Assembly (NCBI GenBank): GCA_045614665.1
Contig: JAZLDI010000021.1
Span: 20,108-84,107 of the forward strand
Direction: 5' to 3'
Length of the DNA: 64,000 bases
DNA from: Candidatus Enterousia sp.
GTDB lineage: Bacteria; Pseudomonadota; Alphaproteobacteria; Rs-D84
Shown here: positions 50,779 to 59,795 of the stretch, one piece after another
How positions within the stretch are numbered: the first letter of the stretch is position 1
Layout: the number at the start of each line of letters is the position of its first letter
Made by a program: the position numbers and the translations under genes
Notes under the pieces: model-generated
Databases searched by the model: none
What the model was told of the DNA's origin: nothing
What the model saw: the letters and a program-made list of their open reading frames with translations, nothing else

Positions 50779-52824
50779 ATGAAATTTAAAAAGATTCTGC
50801 GCATATTTTTAAATGTGATATTCTGGTGCTTTACCGCGGCGATTGCGGCGGTTGCGGCACTGGTTTTGATTTATGGGAATGATTTGCCAGATTATAAAAA
50901 ATTGGCAACGTATGCGCCACCGGTGGCAACACGCCTTTATGCGGCGGATGGTTCGTTGCTGATTGAATATGCCGAAGAACGTCGTGTATTCATCGATTAT
51001 GATGATATGCCACCGCAATTGGTAAATGCATTTATCGCGGCCGAGGATCAAAATTTCTGGACGCATCCCGGAATTGATATTCAGGGGATAATTCGCGCCG
51101 CCACGAACAACGCAATGCGCAGGATGGGATATAATGCCAGTTTTTCTGGGGCATCTACAATCACGCAACAGGTTGCAAAAAACTTCTTTTTATCATCTGA
51201 ACGTACAATTTCCAGAAAAATTAAAGAGGCGATTCTTGCCCTGCGCCTAGAGCGTGCATTTTCCAAACAGCATATCCTGACATTGTACCTGAACCAGATA
51301 TTCTTGGGTGCGCGCGCGTATGGTGTGGGTTCGGCGGCACTGATGTATTTTAATAAACCTGTATCTGAATTGTCCTTGGCCCAGTGCGCCTTTCTGGCAT
51401 CTCTGCCCAAGGCACCAAACAATCGTGAAAACGCGATTGAACGTCGCAATTATGTTCTGCGCCGCATGGTAGAAGAGGGCTATATAACCCAATCTGATGC
51501 CGACATTGCATCGGCCGAGGAATTAAATATCAACAGTGGCTTTACCGCCCAGATGGAACCGGATTTTCAATACTTTGCCGAAGATGTCCGCCGTCAATTA
51601 TTGCGTACCCTTGGTCGCGAGGTTTTATATAACCAGGGTCTTTACATAAAAACAACGATTAACCCCGAATTTCAGCGTGCGGCAACCGCCGCCTTGGTCA
51701 AGGAATTGGATTCTTATAACAAAAATCATCCTGATTCAGAACCGCTCCAGGGGGCTTTAATTGCGATGAATCCACATACGGGTCGTATTGTGGCAATGGT
51801 TGGTGGACATTCTTTCCGGGAAAGTTCGTTTAACCGTGCCACCCAGGCGTATCGTCAAATTGGTTCAACCATTAAACCGTTTGTATATCTGGCGGCATTG
51901 GAACGCGGGTACAGTCCGCAAAGCCTATTACTGGATGCACCAATTGTTGGTATTCGTGCGGATTTAAGTGAATGGAAACCCGAAAATTATGATAAAAAAT
52001 TCTTGGGCGATGTGCCATTGCGGTTATCGCTTGAAACATCGCGTAATGTGCCGACGGTTCGCCTGGTCCAAGATATTGGCGAACAAAACGCGATTGAGGC
52101 CGCCCAGCGTTTCGGTGTTTATCCCGCTGATATGAAAAATATAAATCTGTCGATGGCATTGGGCTCTGGCGAGACTACACTTGAAAAACTGGTGTTGGGT
52201 TATTCTGCGTTTGTAAATGGTGGTCGTGCAATATCGCCACGGATGGTTGACTATATCGCCGACAGGTATGGTCGCGTTGTCGGTGGTACAGAATCCGAGT
52301 TAATCGAATGGTCACCCGATTTATTGCCACCAACGGTGACGGATGAAACCGAGCCATTATCAGACCCACAAAGCCTGTATCAAATGGTCTCTATTTTACA
52401 TGGTGCGGTTGAACGTGGTACCGGTAAACAGGCCCGTGTAAAAGGGCACACTATTGCGGGTAAAACCGGCACAACTAACGATGTCAAGGATGTTTGGTTT
52501 ATCGGCTTTACCAAGAATTTAATTGCGGGTGTTTACTTGGGGTTTGATAACCCAAAGCCATTGGGGCGTGGCGCGGGGTCCCATATGGCTGCGCGTGTGT
52601 TTGCAGACTTTATGAAAACCGCACTAGCAGATGAAAAAGATCAACCGTTTTCTGTTCCAAATGGTATGACTTTTATGCGTGTAAATCGTAGTACCGGTGT
52701 GTCGGCGGCATCTGACCCCAACGGTATGATCATATCAGAGGCGTTCAAGCCCGGTCAGAAACCAAATCCGGCCCCCGCTGTAAAGCAATCTGCGTCCAGC
52801 GCGGTTGTTGGTGGTATATTCTAA
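50779..52824 (+). CDS. mrcA: class A penicillin-binding protein (PBP1A-type transglycosylase/transpeptidase)
   Basis: GT51 motifs (EDQNFWTHPGID, RKIKE) and transpeptidase SxxK (STIKP), SxN and KTG (KTGTTND). 681 aa, short for PBP1A. Confidence 0.85.
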   Translation: MKFKKILRIFLNVIFWCFTAAIAAVAALVLIYGNDLPDYKKLATYAPPVATRLYAADGSLLIEYAEERRVFIDYDDMPPQLVNAFIAAEDQNFWTHPGIDIQGIIRAATNNAMRRMGYNASFSGASTITQQVAKNFFLSSERTISRKIKEAILALRLERAFSKQHILTLYLNQIFLGARAYGVGSAALMYFNKPVSELSLAQCAFLASLPKAPNNRENAIERRNYVLRRMVEEGYITQSDADIASAEELNINSGFTAQMEPDFQYFAEDVRRQLLRTLGREVLYNQGLYIKTTINPEFQRAATAALVKELDSYNKNHPDSEPLQGALIAMNPHTGRIVAMVGGHSFRESSFNRATQAYRQIGSTIKPFVYLAALERGYSPQSLLLDAPIVGIRADLSEWKPENYDKKFLGDVPLRLSLETSRNVPTVRLVQDIGEQNAIEAAQRFGVYPADMKNINLSMALGSGETTLEKLVLGYSAFVNGGRAISPRMVDYIADRYGRVVGGTESELIEWSPDLLPPTVTDETEPLSDPQSLYQMVSILHGAVERGTGKQARVKGHTIAGKTGTTNDVKDVWFIGFTKNLIAGVYLGFDNPKPLGRGAGSHMAARVFADFMKTALADEKDQPFSVPNGMTFMRVNRSTGVSAASDPNGMIISEAFKPGQKPNPAPAVKQSASSAVVGGIF

Positions 52825-52901
52825 AAAACATAATTAATAACGTTTATTTTCATATTTTATTGTGATAGAATGTTCGGTATAAGAAGGCTAAGGAGTGTGT
52901 T

Positions 52902-53993
52902 ATGCTGACCGATTATTTTTTATCCCACGGTTTAACGTTTTTTGCAAGTGGCTGGATGCAGTTTGGTGCCGCTTTTGGCGCAGCATTTGCAATAATGATG
53001 GTTTTTGGGCGTCCCTTTATTCGCGCAATGCATAATTGGCAAAAGCGTGGTCAGCCCATCAGTGAAAACGTCCCGGAATCTCATCGCAAGAAAGCGGGCA
53101 CCCCAACAATGGGTGGTATTTTGGTCGTAATTGCAATATTGGTTGGTGCGATGTTGTTTATGCCAATGCACAATAACCTGCCGGGTTGGATTGCGTTGTT
53201 GTCTCTGGTGATGTTTGGTGCACTGGGGTTTGCTGACGATTACAAGAAGGTTTCGTCTCAATCAAAAAAAGCATCAAATGGTCTGTCACCTAAAATGCGT
53301 CTTTTTATAGAGGGGGTATTTGTTCTTGTTCTGGCATATTTGATTAACATGACAATGCCACCATATATCCCGGAATATTCATTGGCAATTGGATCTGGAA
53401 TTATTTTGCCGTTGGGGGTGTTGTATTTTGTGTTTGCGTACTTCGTGATTTGTGGTGGTGCAAATGCAACAAATATCACAGATGGTTTGGATGGAATGCT
53501 GGCGAAATTATATATGCCGGTATTGGTTGTATTGGTTGTTGCATTGTATGGTGCAACGCGTATTGGTTTTATGGATACGGTTATGTTCCTGCCATCGGCC
53601 AGTGGTCTGTATCCGGTATTAGGTGCGGCATTTGGTGCGGTGTTGGGCTTTCTGTGGTTTAATGCGAAACCTGCTTCAATCTTTATGGGTGATGCGGGCT
53701 CATTGGCGTTGGGAGGCTTTATGGGTACGGTAGCAATGCTGTTAAAATCTGAAATTTTAATGGGTATTGCGGCGGGTATGATGGTGTTAATTTTGCTGTC
53801 ATCGTTTACCCAGACAATATGTTTCAAAATTACACGTCGTATGACAGGGACAGGACGGCGTGTGTTCCTGCGTGCACCATTACATCATCATTTTGAGGAA
53901 TTGGGCTGGGATGAAACCAAGATTGTAGATAGATTCTTTATCATATCTGTTTTGTTTGCGGGATTGGCATTGGCATTGTTAAAATTCGCATAA
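52902..53993 (+). CDS. mraY: phospho-N-acetylmuramoyl-pentapeptide transferase
   Basis: 10-TM MraY with DD..DG and HHH.E motifs (PLHHHFEELGW). 363 aa. Confidence 0.9.
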   Translation: MLTDYFLSHGLTFFASGWMQFGAAFGAAFAIMMVFGRPFIRAMHNWQKRGQPISENVPESHRKKAGTPTMGGILVVIAILVGAMLFMPMHNNLPGWIALLSLVMFGALGFADDYKKVSSQSKKASNGLSPKMRLFIEGVFVLVLAYLINMTMPPYIPEYSLAIGSGIILPLGVLYFVFAYFVICGGANATNITDGLDGMLAKLYMPVLVVLVVALYGATRIGFMDTVMFLPSASGLYPVLGAAFGAVLGFLWFNAKPASIFMGDAGSLALGGFMGTVAMLLKSEILMGIAAGMMVLILLSSFTQTICFKITRRMTGTGRRVFLRAPLHHHFEELGWDETKIVDRFFIISVLFAGLALALLKFA

Positions 53994-54011
53994 AGCAAGG
54001 GGATATGGCAA

Positions 54012-55157
54012 ATGTTTGATATTCCGCGCACCGAAGACAGTAAATTTACCAGTTGGTATTATGGAACAGACCGCAAGTTGTTGGGATATGTGTTGGCACT
54101 GATATTTGTTGGTATGCTGTGCGCGGTGTCGGCAGGTTCTGTTCAGGCTCTGCGTAAGGGGTGGGAATGGTATTATTTCTTGCAAAAGATGTTGCCGTTT
54201 TATGTGTTGGGGATCGGCACGTTATTTGTGGCCAGTATGCTGAATAAAAAGTGGGTATTGGGTATATCGGCGTTAAATGTTGTAGGCTGTTTTTTGTTGC
54301 TTCTGTGGACTGTAATTCACCCCGTGGCCAGTCATGGTTCCGAACGTTGGGCGGTTATCGGCGGATTGCGATTAATGCCATCAGATTTGATGAAACCAGG
54401 CTTGGTTATAATGACGGCGTGGTTTCTGGCAAAGATGAAGGAAAAGTTTGGGTCTGATATATTTTTAAATTCTGCCCCGTGGAAGCCTGGGTGGTTGTCA
54501 TGGTGGGCATTTTTAGTGCCGTTTGCAATTGTTTTATTGATTTTGTTCCAGCAACCAGATATTGGTACAACATTGCTGTTTATGGCGGTGATTGGTACGA
54601 TGCTGTTTATTTCAGGTCTGCCACGCAAGATTTGGTTGCCAGGATTGGGACTTTTTGGTGCGGTTGGGTTCTTGGCATTTTTGTTTGTTCCACACGTGCA
54701 TCGTCGTGTATTGGAATTTTTTAAGCCCCTCGACCCTACAACCCAGGTTGGATATTCTGTAAATGCGGTTCGTCAGGGCGGATTGTTCGGTATGGGGGAT
54801 GAAGCCTTTGCAAAAGAATCATTGCCCGATGCTCATACGGACTTTATCTTTGCTGCCTTGGCCGAAGATTGGGGGGCAATATTGGCGTGTGGATTATTGG
54901 CATTGTTATTGGTTGTTATTCGTCGCTTGACTGTAACGGCAATGTCTGCGCGTGATACATTTGTGTTTTACGCGGTCGGGGGTACAACGGCATTATTTGC
55001 AACCCAGATTTGTATTAATTTGGCATCAACATTGGGATTGATGCCGCCCAAGGGGATGACATTGCCATTTATTTCATCCGGGGGCAGTTCGTTTATGGGA
55101 TACTGTCTGCTGTTTGGGATGATATTGGCAATTGTTCGTGAAGATAAATGGAAATAA
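54012..55157 (+). CDS. ftsW: peptidoglycan glycosyltransferase FtsW/RodA (SEDS family)
   Basis: 10-TM SEDS protein. Position between mraY and murG. 381 aa. Confidence 0.85.
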   Translation: MFDIPRTEDSKFTSWYYGTDRKLLGYVLALIFVGMLCAVSAGSVQALRKGWEWYYFLQKMLPFYVLGIGTLFVASMLNKKWVLGISALNVVGCFLLLLWTVIHPVASHGSERWAVIGGLRLMPSDLMKPGLVIMTAWFLAKMKEKFGSDIFLNSAPWKPGWLSWWAFLVPFAIVLLILFQQPDIGTTLLFMAVIGTMLFISGLPRKIWLPGLGLFGAVGFLAFLFVPHVHRRVLEFFKPLDPTTQVGYSVNAVRQGGLFGMGDEAFAKESLPDAHTDFIFAALAEDWGAILACGLLALLLVVIRRLTVTAMSARDTFVFYAVGGTTALFATQICINLASTLGLMPPKGMTLPFISSGGSSFMGYCLLFGMILAIVREDKWK

Positions 55158-55173
55158 ACAAAGGGATTTTAAG

Positions 55174-56220
55174 ATGAAAGTATGGATTGCAACGGGCGGA
55201 ACAGGAGGACATGTGTTCCCAGCAATGGCGGTAGCGACGGAATTAGTATCGCGGGGATGTGGTGTTACGATTTCTTGTGACGGTCGTGTTCGCGAAATGG
55301 TGCGTAAATCGCGTCCCACAGGTGCACGTATGGTGCATATCTGGGCATCGGGCGTTGGCGCAAAAAGTAAATTAAAACAATTGTGGGCATTGTTTAAAAT
55401 AGGCGTGTCTGCGGTTGCACTGACACTGCGTTTTATGGTGGCGCGTCCCAATCGAGTGGTTGCGTTTGGTGGATATGCATCGGTACCCGCGGTGTTTGCT
55501 GCACACGTTTGGGGTGTTCCAACATTCTTGCACGAACAGAATGCGGCAATTGGTCGTGCAAATAAGTTTACAATGCGTTGGGTTAAAACTTTGATGACCA
55601 GTTTTCCAGAGGTGTCCGGCATTCCAACCGCATCAACGGCACGTGTGATTTATACGGGCCTGCCGGTGCGTCATGAAATATTGGCGGCATCCAATGCACC
55701 GCTGGATGGGGCGGGGCGCATATTGGTGACGGGTGGTTCGCTGGGTGCAACGATATTAGATGATGTTGTGCCGGGGGCAATTGTGGCAATGAAAAATAAA
55801 AAGATTTTTGTGACACACCAGACCAGACCCGAAAATGTTGCGCGCCTGCAAAAATTTTATGCAGATAACAAAATTCACGCAAATGTTTTGTCGTTTATAA
55901 ACGATATGGCGGGCGCGATTGTTGGGGCGGATTTGGTAATTGGGCGCAGTGGTGCATCAACCGTTGTTGAACTTGAAACAATTGGACGTCCGGCGATCTT
56001 GGTTCCATTAAATATTAACCCTGACCAGGCGGCCAACGCCGCATCATTTGTACGCACCGGTGGTGGTTTTGCGATTGAACAGTCTAAATTTACACAAAAA
56101 TGGTTGACTGCGACATTGTCTGACCTGTTTGATAATCCGTCGCGCTTGCAAAAAATGGCGCAAAAGGCCTATGTAAAAAATAATGCGGTTACACTAATTT
56201 GTGACGCGATTATGGAATAA
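55174..56220 (+). CDS. murG: UDP-GlcNAc:undecaprenyl-PP-MurNAc-pentapeptide GlcNAc transferase
   Basis: N-terminal GGTGGHVFPA and GT28 C-terminal domain. The ATG at 55174 has an AAGGGA Shine-Dalgarno motif; the ORF track starts earlier at 55132. Confidence 0.9.
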   Translation: MKVWIATGGTGGHVFPAMAVATELVSRGCGVTISCDGRVREMVRKSRPTGARMVHIWASGVGAKSKLKQLWALFKIGVSAVALTLRFMVARPNRVVAFGGYASVPAVFAAHVWGVPTFLHEQNAAIGRANKFTMRWVKTLMTSFPEVSGIPTASTARVIYTGLPVRHEILAASNAPLDGAGRILVTGGSLGATILDDVVPGAIVAMKNKKIFVTHQTRPENVARLQKFYADNKIHANVLSFINDMAGAIVGADLVIGRSGASTVVELETIGRPAILVPLNINPDQAANAASFVRTGGGFAIEQSKFTQKWLTATLSDLFDNPSRLQKMAQKAYVKNNAVTLICDAIME

Positions 56221-56250
56221 AAATCACCCGCAATGCGCGGGTGCTTTTTT
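56219..56250 (+). terminator. rho-independent terminator after murG
   Basis: aaaatcacccgcaatgcgcgggtgctttttt. Confidence 0.55.
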
Positions 56251-56327
56251 ATTTTGATTCCAGTCTATTTTTCCGCTTGCACCAAAATCGTTATTTGTTC
56301 TATGATGATAACGGAAGGAAAGGAATT

Positions 56328-57635
56328 ATGCGTCATATAACTGTATCAATTTTTGCGTTTTTGCTTGCAGTGCCTGCGTTTGCGGATGCAAGGTTGCCGG
56401 TTGTAAACCTGGCGGCCGCTGGGATTTCTGCACGTGCCGCATTCGGAGAGAGTGTACCAACATCAAAAAAACAATTGCCAAAACGGAATGTTGTTGCGCG
56501 TCCTGCGGTTCAGCGTGTTGCCACCCCTGCAAAAATGGCGAATGTGACGGCGACCACGGTTGGCACATCGAATGATATATTGATTCCAAATCGCCCCAGC
56601 AATGATTTATGGGCGCATAATTCTACAAATTTGAACGCATCTGTTGATGCGCCACTGCGTATGCCGACACCATCTGAATTTGCGGTTTATCGCAGTGATG
56701 AAATTTTACCAGAAGAAAGTCTGGATGTTTCTACAATGCCAAAGACGTACGCGTATAATGATGATGCGCCGGTTGTTCCGGCACGCACCGCGGCGGCAAA
56801 AAAAACTGAATTGGATGCCCAGATTGAACGCCTGGTTGAATTACAGCGTCGTGCCGACGAAAGTGTTACGCCAACCAATGTTGCGCCACGCGTGATTGCG
56901 CGCCCAGTGGTTGATGAACCAATTGCGCCACGTGTAGATGATGTACGTGTTGCCGTGGCGGAAGTAATACCCACAGAAACCGTAAATGTGCGTCGTATGG
57001 TTGTGCCAATGGAAACACAGGATGTTATTGTGCGCAGTGTTGAAAAAAATCAATCCCCACGCATTGCAGCGGTGCGCGATGATATGACAAAACTAAGCCC
57101 GTCTGAATTACGTCGTGCATTTCGTAAAACATTCCTGTCGGAAAATAAACATTTATCCACATACCAAATGGATGATTCCTTTGATGTGGTCAGCGATATG
57201 GGCTCGTCATCCGGTTCATTTACATCTTCTCGTGATTTAAGCGAGGATGCAGGCATTCGTCCATTGGAAATAAAAATTAATTTCCGCAATGATGATTCGT
57301 CTTTGTCGCGTGATAACTATAATTTGTTAAGTGAATATGCTGCAATCGTTGTTCATAATCCAACGCGTGCGATTCAGATTGCAATTCCAGCACGCACAAC
57401 GACCGATGTGGATGCGCGAAAATTAACGGCACGCCGTCTGGCTATTGTTGAACAGGTTTTACGTGATACAGGTGTGTCAATGCAACGCATTGTTCCTGTG
57501 TTGTCGCAACGTGACGAAGATGGTTTTGTTTTACGTGTGATATCTAATGAGCAGTATGAAAGCTTGTCCCAGCAAAAACGTAATATCTTTGGCGATACAG
57601 TTTCATCCAAGAAGTATAAAAGTTTAACGTGGTAA
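56328..57635 (+). CDS. secreted Pro-rich protein with degenerate C-terminal OmpA-like domain
   Basis: AAGGAA Shine-Dalgarno motif plus ATG at 56328. Signal peptide MRHITVSIFAFLLAVPAFADA. Pro/Val-rich linker. The C-terminus aligns to the OmpA_C pattern but lacks the GHTD motif. Confidence 0.45.
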   Translation: MRHITVSIFAFLLAVPAFADARLPVVNLAAAGISARAAFGESVPTSKKQLPKRNVVARPAVQRVATPAKMANVTATTVGTSNDILIPNRPSNDLWAHNSTNLNASVDAPLRMPTPSEFAVYRSDEILPEESLDVSTMPKTYAYNDDAPVVPARTAAAKKTELDAQIERLVELQRRADESVTPTNVAPRVIARPVVDEPIAPRVDDVRVAVAEVIPTETVNVRRMVVPMETQDVIVRSVEKNQSPRIAAVRDDMTKLSPSELRRAFRKTFLSENKHLSTYQMDDSFDVVSDMGSSSGSFTSSRDLSEDAGIRPLEIKINFRNDDSSLSRDNYNLLSEYAAIVVHNPTRAIQIAIPARTTTDVDARKLTARRLAIVEQVLRDTGVSMQRIVPVLSQRDEDGFVLRVISNEQYESLSQQKRNIFGDTVSSKKYKSLTW

Positions 57636-58348
57636 AGACCTGGTTAAAATCTGTTGTTGAATTTTTGTTTCCGCCGGCGTGTCCATTATGTGGTACGCCG
57701 GTGTCTGTTCATGGTGAATTATGTGCTGATTGTTGGACGTCATTTAATTGGATAGATGGTGCAAAATGTATCCGCTGTGGTTATCCGTTTATGGTTGATA
57801 TGGATAACGCAATGTGTTCGGTATGTGCGTCGGGTAAATGTGAGCTGGATTGGATACGGTCGGCGTGTGTTTATGATGATGCGTCACGGATGGCGATGCT
57901 GCTATTTAAGCACAGTGGTCGTATTTCATATGCATACTTTATGTCGCGTGCGATGATTTGGGCACTGCGTGATATTGATGTGTCAGATATAGATTTTGTT
58001 ATGCCGGTGCCATTGGCGCGTCGTCGCTTGTTTCATCGTGGTTATAACCAGGCAACATTACTTGCGCGGCCAATTGCACGCGCGTTGGGATTAAAATTGG
58101 ATTATGATTCGGTGCGCCGTAAATACAGGCGTGATATGGGGCACTTAAATTCACACCAGCGTGCACAAAACATTCATGGTGTGTTCAGTGTTTTGTGTCC
58201 AGCAAATATACGTGGTAAAAATATCTTGTTGGTCGATGATGTTATGACGTCTGGCGCGACATTTTCAGAATTGCGCCGTGTGTTAATCAAGGCTGGTGCT
58301 AAAAAAGTCTATGGTGTGACTTTTTGTCGTGTCGTTCATTCTACTTAA
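57629..58348 (+). CDS. comF: ComF family phosphoribosyltransferase-domain protein
   Basis: N-terminal double CxxC zinc finger and a C-terminal PRTase motif (LLVDDVMTSGATF). 239 aa. Confidence 0.75.
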   Translation: MVKTWLKSVVEFLFPPACPLCGTPVSVHGELCADCWTSFNWIDGAKCIRCGYPFMVDMDNAMCSVCASGKCELDWIRSACVYDDASRMAMLLFKHSGRISYAYFMSRAMIWALRDIDVSDIDFVMPVPLARRRLFHRGYNQATLLARPIARALGLKLDYDSVRRKYRRDMGHLNSHQRAQNIHGVFSVLCPANIRGKNILLVDDVMTSGATFSELRRVLIKAGAKKVYGVTFCRVVHST

Positions 58349-58707
58349 GAAACGGTTTTGCTGTTTGTGATCTCGTGAATCATAAATCTAGAATGTATCA
58401 AATGCGCTTCCTGGGCCAGGATTTTTAAACTGCACATACGCATCAAATCAATTATGTCTTTTGCCACAGGGTCAATTGATTTTATAGACGTATCAACCAT
58501 AGCTTCTTCCAGAGTTTCATCGCCCAATGTTGCGGTGTAATATACGATTGCCGATTTTGGGGTATAAAGTGCGATGTCTGAACATAATGCCAGCTTTCGT
58601 TCATCTGGTAGAATTGTAAAGTATATTATGGTTCCGTCTTGTTTAACCATAGATATGGGCATCTTATCAAACATATCATGTAAAAATTTTTTGTTTTCTG
58701 GATTCAT
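58345..58707 (-). CDS. hypothetical protein, paralog A of a tandem pair
   Basis: 120 aa, cytoplasmic. Shares the MNPExxKFxH N-terminus and the C-terminal …CSxKxLAQExH…H segment with the adjacent gene. Confidence 0.45.
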   Translation of the reverse strand: MNPENKKFLHDMFDKMPISMVKQDGTIIYFTILPDERKLALCSDIALYTPKSAIVYYTATLGDETLEEAMVDTSIKSIDPVAKDIIDLMRMCSLKILAQEAHLIHSRFMIHEITNSKTVS

Positions 58708-58709
58708 TT

Positions 58710-59102
58710 CTAGCTATGTATTTTATCTTTGTGTAACTGTGCCAGGATACCTGTGTGTCTGGCGTGTATTTCCTGAGCTAACAGTTTATCAGAACAGTGT
58801 TTGACAAGTTGTATTAGATTTTTTGTAATGTCTGTTGGTTTGTGTCCGTCCAGACAGTAGCCTTCGTGCAAAACCTGCATGTCAACGGTAATCGCATAGT
58901 AGCGTCCGGGGCGTCCTTTGTCATCGGTTGTATAAACGCATGAAAAACCAAACGTTGTTCCGTCGTCTGTATCAATCGAATATTCGACCATTTCGTCACT
59001 GCGCAATACATCGATATTAGATGTGCGAATAAGGGTGTGAAAAAATTTTAATCTTTCAGGATTCATGTTGTATATTTTGCGGCCAAAAAAAACATTTGTC
59101 AA
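58710..59102 (-). CDS. hypothetical protein, paralog B of a tandem pair
   Basis: The start is likely the Met at 59066 (MNPERLKFFH…), matching paralog A. 3-nt gap to paralog A. Confidence 0.45.
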   Translation of the reverse strand: MTNVFFGRKIYNMNPERLKFFHTLIRTSNIDVLRSDEMVEYSIDTDDGTTFGFSCVYTTDDKGRPGRYYAITVDMQVLHEGYCLDGHKPTDITKNLIQLVKHCSDKLLAQEIHARHTGILAQLHKDKIHS

Positions 59103-59179
59103 ATATTTTATTCTTGTTGTGCGATATTTTTCAATTTATACTGAATCTGTCCGATATATAAGAACAAAAGGGGAAATAA

Positions 59180-59704
59180 ATGATAAAGAAATTTATATTA
59201 ACATCTGTTTTGGCAATTTTGCCATTGGTGTCAAATGCAGGAATGCCGTTTACCGGATTTTATCAGACAATTGATGATGAAACGAATACGCCAAAATCTA
59301 TTGTTCGTATCTATGAATATCGTGATGGGGATGATGTAGAAATTGCGGGTCGTATTGTTGCGCTTTATAATGCGGATGGTACGATTTCTGAAACGTTATC
59401 AAATCCAACGCGTATTGCTGACCAGGTAAAAGGTGCGCCAAAAATGGTCGGTCTGGATATTCTGTGGAATATGGAATGGGATGCAGATGATAGTAAATAC
59501 GAAGACGGTAAAATCATGGACCCCAAATCTGGCAAGGTTTATTCATCTGTTATGTGGCAAGATACACCAGAAATCCTGAATGTTCGTGGCAAAATTGGAC
59601 CATTTGGTCGTACGCAGCATTGGAATACATTGGATACATCTGCATTGCCGGCGGAATTACAGTCGATTGATGTATCGACCTGGATGCCTGTTTTGTTGAA
59701 ATAA
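59180..59704 (+). CDS. DUF2147-like secreted protein
   Basis: Signal peptide, then the conserved DUF2147 pattern (…W.MEWD…G.I.DP..GK.YSS.MW…L.VRGKIGPFGRTQ.W). 174 aa. Confidence 0.55.
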   Translation: MIKKFILTSVLAILPLVSNAGMPFTGFYQTIDDETNTPKSIVRIYEYRDGDDVEIAGRIVALYNADGTISETLSNPTRIADQVKGAPKMVGLDILWNMEWDADDSKYEDGKIMDPKSGKVYSSVMWQDTPEILNVRGKIGPFGRTQHWNTLDTSALPAELQSIDVSTWMPVLLK

Positions 59705-59729
59705 AAATCGCCCCAGATGGGGCGTTTTT
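59703..59729 (+). terminator. rho-independent terminator
   Basis: aaaaatcgccccagatggggcgttttt. Confidence 0.6.
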
Positions 59730-59795
59730 CTTGAAATCTGAATTTTATCTGATACGATTACACCTGGACTATTTTTTTAATAACAGGACACGGAT

